Shown here: one piece after another, positions 40,107-52,519 of the stretch | How positions within the stretch are numbered: position 1 is the stretch's first letter | Layout: every line of letters begins with the position of its first letter | Assembly (NCBI RefSeq): GCF_006345805.1 | Contig: NC_043001.1 | Span: 86,180,001 to 86,244,000 of the forward strand | DNA length: 64,000 nt | Source of the DNA: Octopus sinensis | Lineage: Eukaryota | Reading direction: 5' to 3' | Translations under genes and position numbers: made by a program | Notes under the pieces: generated by a model | What the model was told of the DNA's origin: nothing | Seen by the model: only the letters and a program-made list of their open reading frames with translations | Databases searched by the model: none

Positions 40107-40837
40107 TAGTCTGAAAATATATAAACAAACTTAGCACAATCTTAATTTTTACATCAATTATAGACTGCTAGAAACATTATAATAATAATAATAATAATAA
40201 TGGTGATGATGATGATGATATTAATAATAATGATAATGCTAATGATAATGATAATAATGATAATAATAATAACAATAATAATAACATCGAAAAATACCTC
40301 AGGAATGAGAATCGAGGTTCGATATTTCCCCCCAAGACACTTGATAAAGGCTGGTGGGGGTATATCAGCCGAAACGTGTTAACAACAAACAAAATGGGGG
40401 CAAATATCCGTCAAATGTAAATAATGTAAATAATGCTCTGTAAAAGTAGTCTGAAAAATATATAAGCAAACTTTGAACAATTTTAATTTTAACGTCAATT
40501 ATAGACAGTGCTAGAAACATTGTTTAATTTTCTTCAAGGGAAAAATGCTTTTCTATTTGTCATCATAACATTAACTCATGACACTGAATTCTGCTGCAAG
40601 TTAGCTTTTTCAGTTTCATTATTGCAATATTTGTAACATCAGTTTTAAAGTAGAAATCAGCCAGAATTAACTGCTTGCGTTCTAATACGTTTAAACTGCC
40701 ATATCCTCTTTTTTAAAAGCACAATTATTTAATCAAAATTTTTATGTTAAAGAAATAATTACAATTCCCTTTCTCATATTGTAATTTCTATTTGAAATAA
40801 AATGTTTAAAATATTTCATTCCAGAAACTATATACAT

Positions 40838-41068
40838 CGGCGGCGATCTGGCAGACACGTTAGCGCGCTGGGCAAAATGCTTAGCGGTATTTCGTCTGAA
40901 GTTACGTTCTGAGTTCAAATTCCGCCGAGGTCGACTTTGCCTTTCATCCTTTCGGGGTCGATAAATAGAGTACCAGTTTCGCACTGGGGTCGATGTAATC
41001 GACTTAATCCCTTTGTCTGTCCTTGTTTGTTCCCTCTATGTTTAGCCCCTTGTGGGCAATAAAGAAAT
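40838..41068 (+). mobile_element. SINE S2
   Basis: Absent at the paralogous site near 29445. Confidence 0.88.
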
Positions 41069-41146
41069 ATATAAATAAACCAGAGAAATATATACTTCAA
41101 TAACCACGTAATTTATATGTATATCATTCTTTATGTTTTTTTTTAG

Positions 41147-41176
41147 TTCTCGATACATACGGACTTCCTTCACGCC
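41147..41176 (+). CDS. 30-nt microexon, type B, (V)LDTYGLPSR
   Basis: ttttAG ... C|GTATGTAACT; paralogous to 29524. Confidence 0.7.
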
Positions 41177-41324
41177 GTATGTAACTATTTAAATTATTTC
41201 CAATTGAATTTCCTAGTTTAAAATAATTGCTTTAAGATTTTAATCTACATTAGCGACCCAATATATCACTATAGCTATATGTTCACATTGTTGATATTGT
41301 AGTAACGATCTGAAAATTTATATT

Positions 41325-42117
41325 TCTATATATATAAAGCTGAGAATGTGTGTCTGTCTGTCTGTTTGTGTGTTTCCCTAAAACTTGATAACTACAGAAC
41401 CAATTTCATTCAAATTTTACACATGCCTTACTTAGGGTCCGGGGAGTGTCATCGGCCAAAAATGTTTAACTTCTTGCCTATTGCGAGCCCACAGCAATAT
41501 CATATCTTCCCCACTACGATTCCCTAAAACTTGAGAACTACACAACCAATTCCATTCAATTTTTACACATGCCTTACTTAGGGTCCATGTAGTTTCATGG
41601 GCAAAAAGAATGTTCAACTTCTTGCCTAGAGCGAGCCCATAGCAATATCATATCTTCTCCACTATTTCAGTATTACGTGTTAAAAGTGAAACAAAAACAT
41701 TTCTCTATTTTATGTCAGATACTTTCACTTTAACAATAAAAATTAGAGATAATAATAACAATTGAATTATATGTAGTAAGTAATAATAAAAATCAAACTA
41801 AAGTATAATGTAATCGTAACATAACAAAAGTAAAAATAGCAATTGGTATAAAATTGCTTCAATGATTTGAACTTGAATAAGTGGTTTCACATGAATGGGA
41901 ATAAATTAAAAATAAAATTAGTGTGCAGAAATGGAATAGTCCTACAATTCCAGTCTGTTATATATTAACAGTATTGCTATCACAAGCGATATCAAGATAT
42001 AACTTTATATTTTGTATTTTATATGTAAATGTATATATATATAGATGTACATGTCGTATGTACACATATATACATGCACTAGCACTATGACTCGGCAAAG
42101 ACGGGTCATAATGCTAG
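41325..42117 (+). mobile_element. Non-autonomous Helitron
   Basis: 5' TCTATATATATAAAG, 3' hairpin gactcggcaaagacgggtc then CTAG-T; internal ~150-bp duplication; interrupts the cassette sequence. Confidence 0.8.
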
Positions 42118-42432
42118 TAATCTATATTACATACACACAAATTTCACAGAAGAAATCACGTTAATTTCACAGAAGAAATCATACAAGCACAGAGTGTTCA
42201 GGTTAAATTTGACAGCTTGTGTACAAAGGAAACTCAACTGCCCATCCAAAATTAAACACATTTCAGAAAAGGAAAGAATATCAACTAGATTATTGCTAGC
42301 AATATTCGTAACATCCATTTTAATGTAGAAATCAACCACTATTAACTAATTACGTTCTCATAAGTTTAAACTGGCAAATTCTGTTCTTAAAACCACAATT
42401 TTTTATCAAGTCTCTTAAGTATGCTTTTTCAG

Positions 42433-42900
42433 GGAGACGGCGAGCTGGTAGAAACGTTAACACGCCGGGCGAAATGCGTAGCCGTATTTCGTCTGCCGTT
42501 ACGTTCTGAATTCAAATTCCGCCGAGGTCGCCTTTTCCTTTCATCCTTTCGGAGTCCATTAAATAAGTACCAGTTACGCACTGGGGTCGATATAATCGAC
42601 TTAATCCGTTTGTCTGTCCTTGTTTATCCTCTCTGTGTTTAGTCCCTTTTGAGTAGTAAAGAAATAGGTATATAACTATTTAAATATTCCCAATTGCATT
42701 TTCTAGTTTAAAATAGATACGTTGAGATGTTTTTTTTCTACTCTAGGCACAAGGCCCGAAATGTTGGGAAATAGGGCCAGTCAATTAGATCGACCCAGTA
42801 CGCAACTGGTACTTAATTTATCGATCCCGAAAGGATGAAAGGCAAAGACAACCTCGGCGAAATTTGAACTCAGAACTTAATTGCTTAGCAGTGTTTCGTC
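42433..42900. mobile_element. SINE S2 (+, 42433-42667) and SINE S2 (-, about 42730-42900)
   Basis: S2 core motifs in opposite orientations. Confidence 0.8.
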
Positions 42901-44129
42901 TGTATGAATATTGCTTACACTCAAAACATCTTACATGTCCAGGCTGTATTTGACATTTGTGAACAAGGAAAAAAAATCAGTAACGCATTCAAAATCAAAC
43001 GCATTTAAAAAAAAATAAAGAATATCATCTAGATTATGGCTAGCAAATAAGAGTTTACTGAAAGCAGTTGCCCTCAACTCCCACCTGAGCTTCAAGACGG
43101 TTCCGGAACCTGGTACATGCATTCCTTTTGTGTCCCTGACAATTTTCTCGAGCACCTCCATCGCCTTGGCCATGAAAACGAAGGAGGTTGATTGTTCACA
43201 AAAGTATCAAGCTGACAAGGAAAATTAGACATAGAAAATCGTGAATTTTTGTCCGAACGTCGAGTACGCGCATGTTTGTGTGTGCGTGTATGTGTTTGAG
43301 TATGTGTGCAATACTACTACCACTACTACTCGGGGCTAATGCAGTTTCGCAACTCTCCTGTACTCCTACTAGTTGTCGGAGATTACGAATATGCAAAAAA
43401 AAAAATTTTAATTTTACCCCCGTCCCCACCACCCATTTAATTTTTTGATTTTGTTTACTTTAAAGAGAGCATGGCGAACTGACGAACAATTGCAAATCGA
43501 AATTAAATATACAAACATTAAAGTGAAAAGAAATTGCGTTTTACTTGTGTTTGCCTTAAATGATCGTAAATAATAATTTAATGTAAATTAAATATACTCC
43601 ATTTTATGAGAAACAAACATTAATTTTTAATAATTAATGTTATAAAGTTTAATAAGGGGCTGAAATTTCACCCCTTAACCAATTTAAAATTTTGAACTTT
43701 TTCATCCATTTTTCTATTTGCTTGTCTATGTATCCCTGGCCGTATATTTATAAAATATATTTGTCAATTAAATATGGCGATCCTATAGAAGACGGTGTTA
43801 CGAAAACGTTGTTTCTTGCATATTCGGAATCTCCGTCATCTAAATTATAGGGAAGAAAAATTTCGAAAAAGTACAAAATTTTAAGGGGGTAGGGAACGAT
43901 AGTAGGGGTGGGGAGTGGTGGTAGAGGTGGGGAGGGGTAGTTGGGGTGGAGAGTGGTGGTAGGGGTGGGAAGTGATGGTAACGGTGAGAAGGGTGGTAGG
44001 GGTGGGGAGTTGGGTTAAATTTTTTTTTTGCATATTCGTAATCACCGACATTTAAAACGTAGGGATCCGGAAAAAAATTTTCAAAACAAGGAGGGGTGCG
44101 AAACTGCATCAGCCCCGAAGAATCCTTTC

Positions 44130-44770
44130 TACTATAGGCACACGGCTTCAAATTTGGGGGAAGGGATTAAGTCGACTACATCGACTCCAGTGCGTAACTG
44201 GTTCTTAATTTACAGACGCCGAAATGATGAAAGACAAAGTCGACCCCGGCGACATTTGAACCAAGAACACGAAGACAGACGAAATACCGCTAAGCATTTC
44301 ACCTGGTATATAACGATTCTGTCAGATCGCTGCCTTCATAATAATAATAATAATAATAACAACAACGACAATAACAACAACAACAACAATCCGTTCTATT
44401 ATAGGTACAAGGCCTGGAATTTGTTGGGAGGGGGATAACCAATTACATCAACCCCAGTACACAACTGGTACTTAATTTATCAAGTCCAAAAGGATGAAAG
44501 GCAAAGTCGACCGCGGTAGAATTTGAACTCAGAACGTAGCGGCAAATTAAATACCTATTTCTTTACTACCCACAAGGAGCTAAACACAGAGACGACAAAC
44601 AAGGACAGACAAACGGATTCAGTCGATTATATCGACCCCAGTGCGTAACTGGTACTTATTTAATGGACCCCGAAAGGATGAAAAGCAAAGTCGACCTCGG
44701 CGGAATTTGAACTCAGAACGTAACAGCAGACGAAATACCTATTTCTTTACTACCCACAAGGGGCTAAACT
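44130..44770 (-). mobile_element. Two to three SINE S2 copies separated by (AAT/AAC)n
   Basis: S2 core gaaaggcaaagtcgac..cggcggaatttgaactcagaacg recurs at about 44230, 44500 and 44680. Confidence 0.8.
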
Positions 44771-45060
44771 AAAAGGTCAAAAATGATATATAAATACTTT
44801 ATAAGGCACAAAATGTGTTAGAATAAAGAAATAGATGTGTCAGCTTTCTAACAAAAAATAAAGATTGTCAAAATATAATAATGGTGCAAAATGAGCAGCT
44901 TTCAAATATTACCATATACCTTAGTACAAATTTCATACTTGACGACCTGATATAATTTAAAATTTACTTTTATTCCTTTGAGTATATTTCAAAATTCAGA
45001 CTATTTCTATTTTTCTAATGTTTTGCATAATTATTATTTTTTCATCCATAATGCTTCCAG

Positions 45061-45219
45061 GAAAACTTACAACCACAGGAAAACCAACAACCACAGGAAA
45101 ACCTACAACCACAAGAAAACCTACAACCACAGGAAAACCTACAACCACAAGAAAACCTACAACCACAGGAAAACCTACAACCACAGGAAAACCGCTACCA
45201 ATTTTTCTTCATGCTCCTG
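45061..45219 (+). CDS. 159-nt Thr-rich exon KLTTT(G/R KPTTT)x6 GKPLPIFLHAP
   Basis: Acceptor cttccAG (45059-45060), donor GTAAGA (45220); 53 codons, phase 1/1; 18-bp internal repeat; ORF 45018-45299. Confidence 0.85.
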
Positions 45220-46156
45220 GTAAGAAAACATGTTACATTTTTAATTATACTTTTCTCAATATTATACGTTTAACATTTGAATATATGTTTAATTCTTAAT
45301 CGTGATACTTCAACCAATATATAGGAGCTAAATATTAAAACTGTATCAGCAACATTGGTTATCTTAGATGTAAAATTCAAAATTGTTCTTCACATTCCTT
45401 TATCATTAATATTAGCATATTAATGAATTTTGATGTGATTTGTATGGAATGGTGACAATATTGCTCAATAGCATCTGCACTATTTTCTTCAAGAACGTTT
45501 TGTCAAAAGGAAATGTAAACAAAAACGGTTGTGTTGCCTCTTACGTACACTCCAATAATCATTCTCCGTTCATTCGATACCAGTTACACAGTGCAGGTCT
45601 CTTTTCTTTAGCTATATTATCCTAATGGGCTTAATTAATTTCGTTGAATGGTTTATTATTATTACTCTTTCACAAGACTGATATACGTATTTCATACATA
45701 AATATTAACGTCTTTGTTCCATACCAAAGATTTGTTGCCAAATACAGTACGACCAAGATGATTAATTATTATTAATTTATAACAAAATATTTATAATTTA
45801 TTTGTAAAAACTTAATTTATTAACATCAAGGTATTTAGTTATTAGGAAGCTGAATATACTGTTCATAAGATTTTTGTAGAAATTTGTAATCGATTAATTA
45901 AACATGAAACACGAGAAAACACGATATCTTCCAATTTGTTATGGAATATAAATTCTATAATGAATTTGTTTCTTAACTTTTTGTTTGAGTAAGATAAAAG
46001 AACGCTTCTCTTGTTTTTAGTATTTCAGTAAGAAATATGCATACCTAAACATGTATATGACTCTGTGATTTGCTTAGTAAAAATACGTAAACAGGTTTAC
46101 ATTCGCACGTGAATTGTTTGAAGATTATTTTTGTTTGTTTTTCCTTGTCTTTTTAG

Positions 46157-46180
46157 CCATTGCCTTAAAACCATTAAATT
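46157..46180 (+). CDS. 24-nt microexon (A)IALKPLN
   Basis: Long pyrimidine tract + ttttAG, donor GTAAGT; phase 1/1. Confidence 0.72.
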
Positions 46181-46729
46181 GTAAGTTAGACTTGTGTTTC
46201 ACTGATAATACTATCTGCAGAAACCAAACAGGAATCATGTTTTTGAACGATAAATATGCAAGTAAGTGATTCAATATTGTTTTACATTTATCTTAATATA
46301 ATTTGCTAAAAATGTTTTATTTTTTCCACAACAGTATGAAATATGTCCTTCATTGTTTTCGGAACATTTACTCAGGTTTCTTTATTGTTCTGTATCATTT
46401 AATTTTTAACGGTAATAGCTTCTATGTTCACCTTACCTTTAACTTTTTGATTATTTCAATCATTACACTACAGTCATGCTAGAACACAGCTTTGAAGAAG
46501 TTAGACGAACGGATTATCCCTAGTACTTACATTTTTTTGTAAAGTCTCGTACCTATTCTATTGATCGATTTTGCCGAACTGCTTTTTACAGAGACATAAA
46601 TAGACCAACACCGATTGTCAAGCGGTGGTAAAAGACAAACACAACAGAAAGACACACAGACATGTGTGTGTGTGTGTGTGTGGTGTGTGTGTGTGTGTGG
46701 TGTGTGTGTGTGTGTGTGTGTGTGCGTGC

Positions 46730-46780
<51 letters not shown>

Positions 46781-46955
46781 CAGACTTTGTCACACTCTGA
46801 TGACAGCGAACAAGCAGAAACTTAGAAGACACTGTCAAACTTTCCCGTTCAGTGTGTGTATGTGTGTGTGGTCTTCTAATTTCAAAGTAGAAAATTAATA
46901 AAATATTATATACGTAAATTCTTTAATATATTAGGAAAATAACTTTTGTATTTTA

Positions 46956-47221
46956 TGACGTATATTTGCCATTGAAATATGGCTAACCCCTAAGGGTGGA
47001 TGCTACTGTAGTTTGTAGCCCCGGAGGCCACCGCCTCAGCTGGCTATAGACACACATTCTGTGCCCTATCAGTATTGCAATGGTGACTTCCTTTTGCAAA
47101 TACTGATAGGGCACAGAAAGTGTGTATATAGCCAGCTGGAGGCGGTGGCCTCCTGGGGCTACAAACTACAGTAGCATCCACTCTTAGGGGTTAGCCATAT
47201 TTCAATGGCAAATATACGTCA
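46956..47221. mobile_element. Foldback MITE, 266 bp, ~125-bp arms, ~13-nt loop
   Basis: tgacgtatatttgccattgaaatatggctaacccctaag... versus ...cttaggggttagccatatttcaatggcaaatatacgtca; one-armed relative at 61785-61915. Confidence 0.88.
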
Positions 47222-47754
47222 CGATGTATTGTAGCTACTGTTTATAACTCGCTTTGAGATTTATTATTTTTGTATTTTATTTTATATTAATGTAATAAAT
47301 TTATATATTGTAAAATTCATATTATATATACATGTGTGTATGTGCGTATGCGTTTTCGTGTCATATTTTAATGTTAATTTTCTATATTGCCTTTATTCTA
47401 CAGAAATATCTATTTATGGTCATGTGAAGAGGATATCACGCACTAATTGTTTAGAAACTCTTGATAAAGTATATATAAAAATGAGAAATAAAGTATCTGA
47501 ATTTACTCCCGAGTATTTCAAAATAAAAGGAAGAACTTATAATACCACCAGAAGGAAAAACGTTCGCATCACTCTGAAACGTTTCATCAGATTAAGAATA
47601 AACTTTCAGAAAACTATCAACTCTGAAAAACTTATTTCCTTGCATTTGGATCTTTTGAGTAAATTTATTAAACCCAAAGGAATTTTGAGTAAGTAACAGA
47701 TTTTTTACTAAATAAATTTTGGGGCTGTATTAGAATAGATTTTATTAGCTTGTA

Positions 47755-48050
47755 AGTTTGTTCCTTCTCGAGCCATGCCTGGCTCATAAGGGCCGGTTTC
47801 CCGGTTTCCTTGGCGTATAGGTTCCTCACCTGGACGGGGCACCGGCCGTCGCACATGAGCTGCAAGAAGAAAGAGTGAGAGAAAGTTTTGGCGAAAGTGT
47901 CAGCAGAAGTTCGCCATTACCTTCTGCTGGAGCCGCGTGGAGCTTAGGTGTTCCGCTCATAAACACACACATCCCCCGGTCTGAGATTCCAACCCGCGAT
48001 CCCTCGACCGCGAGTCCGCTGCTCTAAACACTAGGCTATGTGCCTCCACT
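47755..48050 (-). mobile_element. tRNA-derived SINE S3
   Basis: Minus-strand head ggaggcacatagcctagtgtttagagcagcggactcgcggtcgagggatcgcgggttggaatctc. Confidence 0.7.
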
Positions 48051-48418
48051 ATTAGCATGTAAACAGAAGAGAAATAAAGAAATAACTGTATGCTTGATTA
48101 ATGGCTAACAGTTTCTTGATATATGTTAACAGTTTTACACTGCTAATACAGTATTTTAAAGTATTATATTAATTCAATCGGTATATGAAATGTCACTTGT
48201 GTGGAGCAACACACAACTACTTTTTCGTTGTCCATAGAATATTGATTTACCGACTATTTGCGACTTCTACTATTGCTCCAATAAACTTCTGTATAAATAT
48301 TCTTGTAGACCGAATTCCATTTGAAATTATAAGATGTCACAAAACAAGTTAATCTTTAAAAAATAAAGATGCATTTTCAAGCTATTTTTACCAAAGTAAC
48401 TAAATTTTGAATAATATT

Positions 48419-48631
48419 CGAGGGTCTTTCTGAAAAGTTCCTAGCTTTAGGAGTATGCAAAAGTTCTTGTTGGAGGCCTAGGCTTCCGAGTTCTTTTACA
48501 GTGCTTAGGAAAACTAAAAGGCCGCGGCAATAAATGTATGGATTTGAGAGGAGAGTATGTTGATTAAAATCATAATTAACTTCTCTGTATTTTCTTTTAC
48601 CCAAAACCAGAAACTTTTTAGCACCTCCTCG
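48419..48631. mobile_element. Mariner-type MITE (~213 bp)
   Basis: Degenerate TIRs cgagggtctttctgaaaagttcct / agaaactttttagcacctcctcg. Confidence 0.5.
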
Positions 48632-48827
48632 CACAGGAAATGGGTATTTGGTATTTTATATAAATACGTTTTATCTATTTATACATTTATTTATACATTT
48701 ATTTAAACATTTATATATAAACAACTAGTATGTTTTCTGTCTTGAATGCATCTTAAAAAGAATGTTAACGAAGATCCACTGTCTAATGACGATGCATTAT
48801 TAATTTATTAATGCCTTTCTATTTCAG

Positions 48828-48961
48828 GTGACTATGCAAAGGCCTTCCAATGTACTGAAAAGGCACCGAACCAGATGGTATTGTCTCACAAAGCAGCTAC
48901 TTTTAATAAAGTAAATTACAAGACATCAAGGGGAAGTTTATCCTCTTGTTTTACAATGTGA
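48828..48961 (+). CDS. Exon (C)DYAKAFQCTEKAPNQMVLSHKAATFNKVNYKTSRGSLSSCFTM*; terminal, or spliced at GTGAGA (48958)
   Basis: ctttctatttcAG acceptor in phase 1; open for 43 codons to TGA 48959-48961. The 3' end is ambiguous. Confidence 0.55.
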
Positions 48962-49060
48962 GAGGCAAGAACGAGTTTGATACCGATTTAATGCGAAAAA
49001 GCAATCTACCTTGTTAAAATTATTATGATGTAGAAATCTATCTGAATTTTATAACATGCA

Positions 49061-49144
<84 letters not shown>

Positions 49145-49356
49145 CATATATATATATATTTATATATATATATATATACATATATATATACATATATATA
49201 TATATTTATACATATATACATATATACATATATATATATGCATATATATATATGTATATATATATACACACACATATATATACATATATATATATTTATA
49301 CATATATATATATACATATATATATACATATATATATATATATACATATATATACA

Positions 49357-49434
<78 letters not shown>

Positions 49435-50711
49435 CGCTGCTATTAGTTACATATTTAGAGATTACATTAGATTGCTTCACATGGATATATATTAGCTCCA
49501 GTGATTAATAAAATAATTATAGATCTACTCTGCTTAAATATTGTGAATACATAACTAAAAAAGAGAATATTTTGAAATTGTTACACGGATTTGGAGGACG
49601 GTGTACATTTTTCAACAAATGTTTGTTCCGAATCAAATTTGAAGCAGAAAAATATGTACTAGTCACTCTTCTCAGTTAATAAATACATTTTGAAATTAAC
49701 TTCTAAAATTATTATTGTTGCTTTGTTGTTGTTATCACTGATCAGGTAATTTATTATCAAAGGTATCTCATCCCTCATCATCCCAGCTTGTCTTTAAATA
49801 TATTACCTCTATGAATATATTATTTACTGTGTTCTTTTTTCATGTTTGTAGAGTGTAATTTGAGAGAAGGCAAGCTACTATATCTGGTTTGTTGAACAGG
49901 TGCTCGTTTGCGGGATTGTAACGAGTTAGAGTTGTTTTTAAATTAATGTAAAATGCTTTCAATCAAACTGACAGCAATAAACTTCCGGTATATAATCTAT
50001 TCCCGTCACGACAAAGCTGAAATAGTTGTGTCACCACTTACATCACAAATATTGCCTTTTCTCTGTTGCACAAATATAATATAGGCTAATATACTAGCAA
50101 ACCGTTATACGACTGACATAGAAAACATTCGACATTGATACATCATCGACTCTCCCACTAGCTACTATTGTGAATAAGATCACACGTATTTACAGTTTTC
50201 TGAGCTAGAATTATCTCACTCTATATCCATTATCCTAATCCTTATTTTTGAATGTTTGTCCAAATGTAGGATTTTATTCACTTTCAATGCAGTCCATAAG
50301 CTTCCTTCTCATAATATATACATCCGCCTTATCTTCCCCATACCGAACTCTTCCATTCATCAACGATTGTTCGATTATTTCTCATTCTGCTTTGAGCTTA
50401 TATCTTCGTTTTATTAAAAGTCATACATATGGATCGCCACTTCGTGTGACAATTTTACGTCTCACACGACAGAGACAATGTTAGTCTTATCGCCTAGCTG
50501 TTTACGTGCCAACCTTACCAACCTATTAACGCATTAAGTTCTAAAAATTTTTAGTGTCTTACCACAGAGTCCAATTTCTTGGGAGTATCTGAATATCTGA
50601 TCAAGAAAAACTATAGCACATCGATCTTATGCATAGCGTGCTCTTCCTCCTGGATCTTCAGATATATTGAATTAATTACTCCGAACTTCCCTCATTTTTA
50701 TTCTAACTATA

Positions 50712-51083
50712 TCTCTCTCTATATAAACGGCAGTTTGTCTGTGCGTGTTTCTGTGTGTCTGTTTGCTTGTACCCTCACCCTGACCACGGCTTTCAACCGA
50801 TTCTGATGAAACTTGACACACATATAGCCAATGTCACAATTCAAAACTAACGCAGCGAAAATTTGACTTCTGAAAAAATCGATAATTTCGACATGGGGTC
50901 GAGAATCAGAAACAACGAACCACAAACTGTCTAGGGGACGCAACTCCACTTTTTTTAAATCTCAAAAAAAAATTTACCATCATTTTTTTTCCATTTTTTT
51001 GCTATTTTTTGGCTATAACTCTCTAAAAATGCTTTATAGTTATTTCCCTTACAAACCTAAGCAACGCCGGGCGATACTGCTAG
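50712..51083 (+). mobile_element. Non-autonomous Helitron
   Basis: 5' TC(TC)TATATAAAC; 3' caacgccgggcgatactgCTAG-T. Confidence 0.78.
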
Positions 51084-51449
51084 TTGACCATAAATGTGCT
51101 TCGTTTTACTTCAGGATATCAAATAATCAGGTGATATCATTGTAAGTCTTCTCACCTCCCGAACTGCAACCAGTTGAACCATCATATTTTTTTTAAAGAT
51201 CCATATCATCCTATTAAATACTCCTGCTTGTAATGTTTCTCCAACGAAAATAGCTTTATAAATAACATTCTTGCAGTATATCGACCACATTATCATACAA
51301 ACAGCAGAACAATTCAAGCTAACTTCCCTCAATATTTATGGTCATTGACTTGACGCTAAATTTTAAAACAGATTCTGACGGATCACCTTTCGTGTATAGA
51401 GTGTACGATTTCAAGCTAGATCCCAAAGTAATAAACCATATCGCTACTA

Positions 51450-51578
51450 CTCTCTCTCCCTCACATCTCTCCCTCCTCCTCTCACTCTCTATGTTTATCT
51501 CTCTCTTCGCTCCTCTCATCTTTTCTCTCTATGTCTTTCCTCTCTCTCTCTCTCTCTCGCTCTCTCTCTATCTCTCTT

Positions 51579-51609
<31 letters not shown>

Positions 51610-51722
51610 TCTCTCTGGTCTCTCTCCTCTCTCTCTCTCTCTCTCTCTGATCTGTCTCTCATCTCTCTCTCTCATCTCTCTCTCTCTCTCTCATCTCTCT
51701 CGTCTCTCTCTCTCTCTCAGTC
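51450..51722. repeat. Imperfect (CT)n tract
   Basis: Direct reading. Confidence 0.95.
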
Positions 51723-52080
51723 TCAAAGTGATCAAACTATAACTACGTATATAACTTATAACACACATCAACATGCATTTTGAACAGTTTTTGAAGTTAT
51801 AACCACAACTAGGAAATTTCATTACATGGACTGCTAACTGTTATTGAACTACCACTAAATAGGTTATTAAAACCACCAGCGATTTGGTGTCATGACAAAT
51901 ATATCTAAGATCATATTACAACATGATCTTAGATGTATTAGACACAACTTAGCTATGTCATTACCAGACGGGCAGATGTGTGTCGCTACAATCAACACCA
52001 TTCTGTCATTAAAACCACCCCAGAGTTCTTTCAATGCAATAAACAGTGGTTCTATTCTTCTTCTTATTAATTATTATTAT

Positions 52081-52147
<67 letters not shown>

Positions 52148-52149
52148 TA

Positions 52150-52487
52150 GTATTTTCCCATACATTCAACAGATTAGACTGTTGGAATAGAAACAATCCT
52201 ACATCGGACTACAACAAGTAACCTTAGCTGCCAAGGACCATCCTAACTATCCTAGCTGTCCCTAATACACTGTTTTTCTCTGGAGCTGTACTAAAGTGGG
52301 TTTTATGACTATTTCCTCTATCCATTTGTTCAGGTCTTTAAGGATATTCCAAATGCACATATAACTATTGGGATAAAAACCACCCAGAGTTCTTTCAATG
52401 CAATAACAGTGGTTCTATTCTCTTCTTATTATATATTATTATATTAGTAGTAGTAGTTAGTAGTAGTAGTAGTAGTAGTAGTAGTAG

Positions 52488-52519
<32 letters not shown>

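Noticed and set aside
40337-40380. acac-TTGATAA-aGGCTG..CAGCC-GAAAC-gtgtt
   Set aside because: Core is doubly mutated and the cleavage triplet is absent.
47990-48050. tRNA-like sequence on the minus strand
   Set aside because: SINE head: no intact cloverleaf, and it continues into a repeat body.
51338-51742. 134-aa ORF MVIDLTLNFKTDSDG...SLSLSL
   Set aside because: In-frame stop 16 nt upstream, no clear splice acceptor, and the remainder is a (CT)n translation; possibly 3' UTR.
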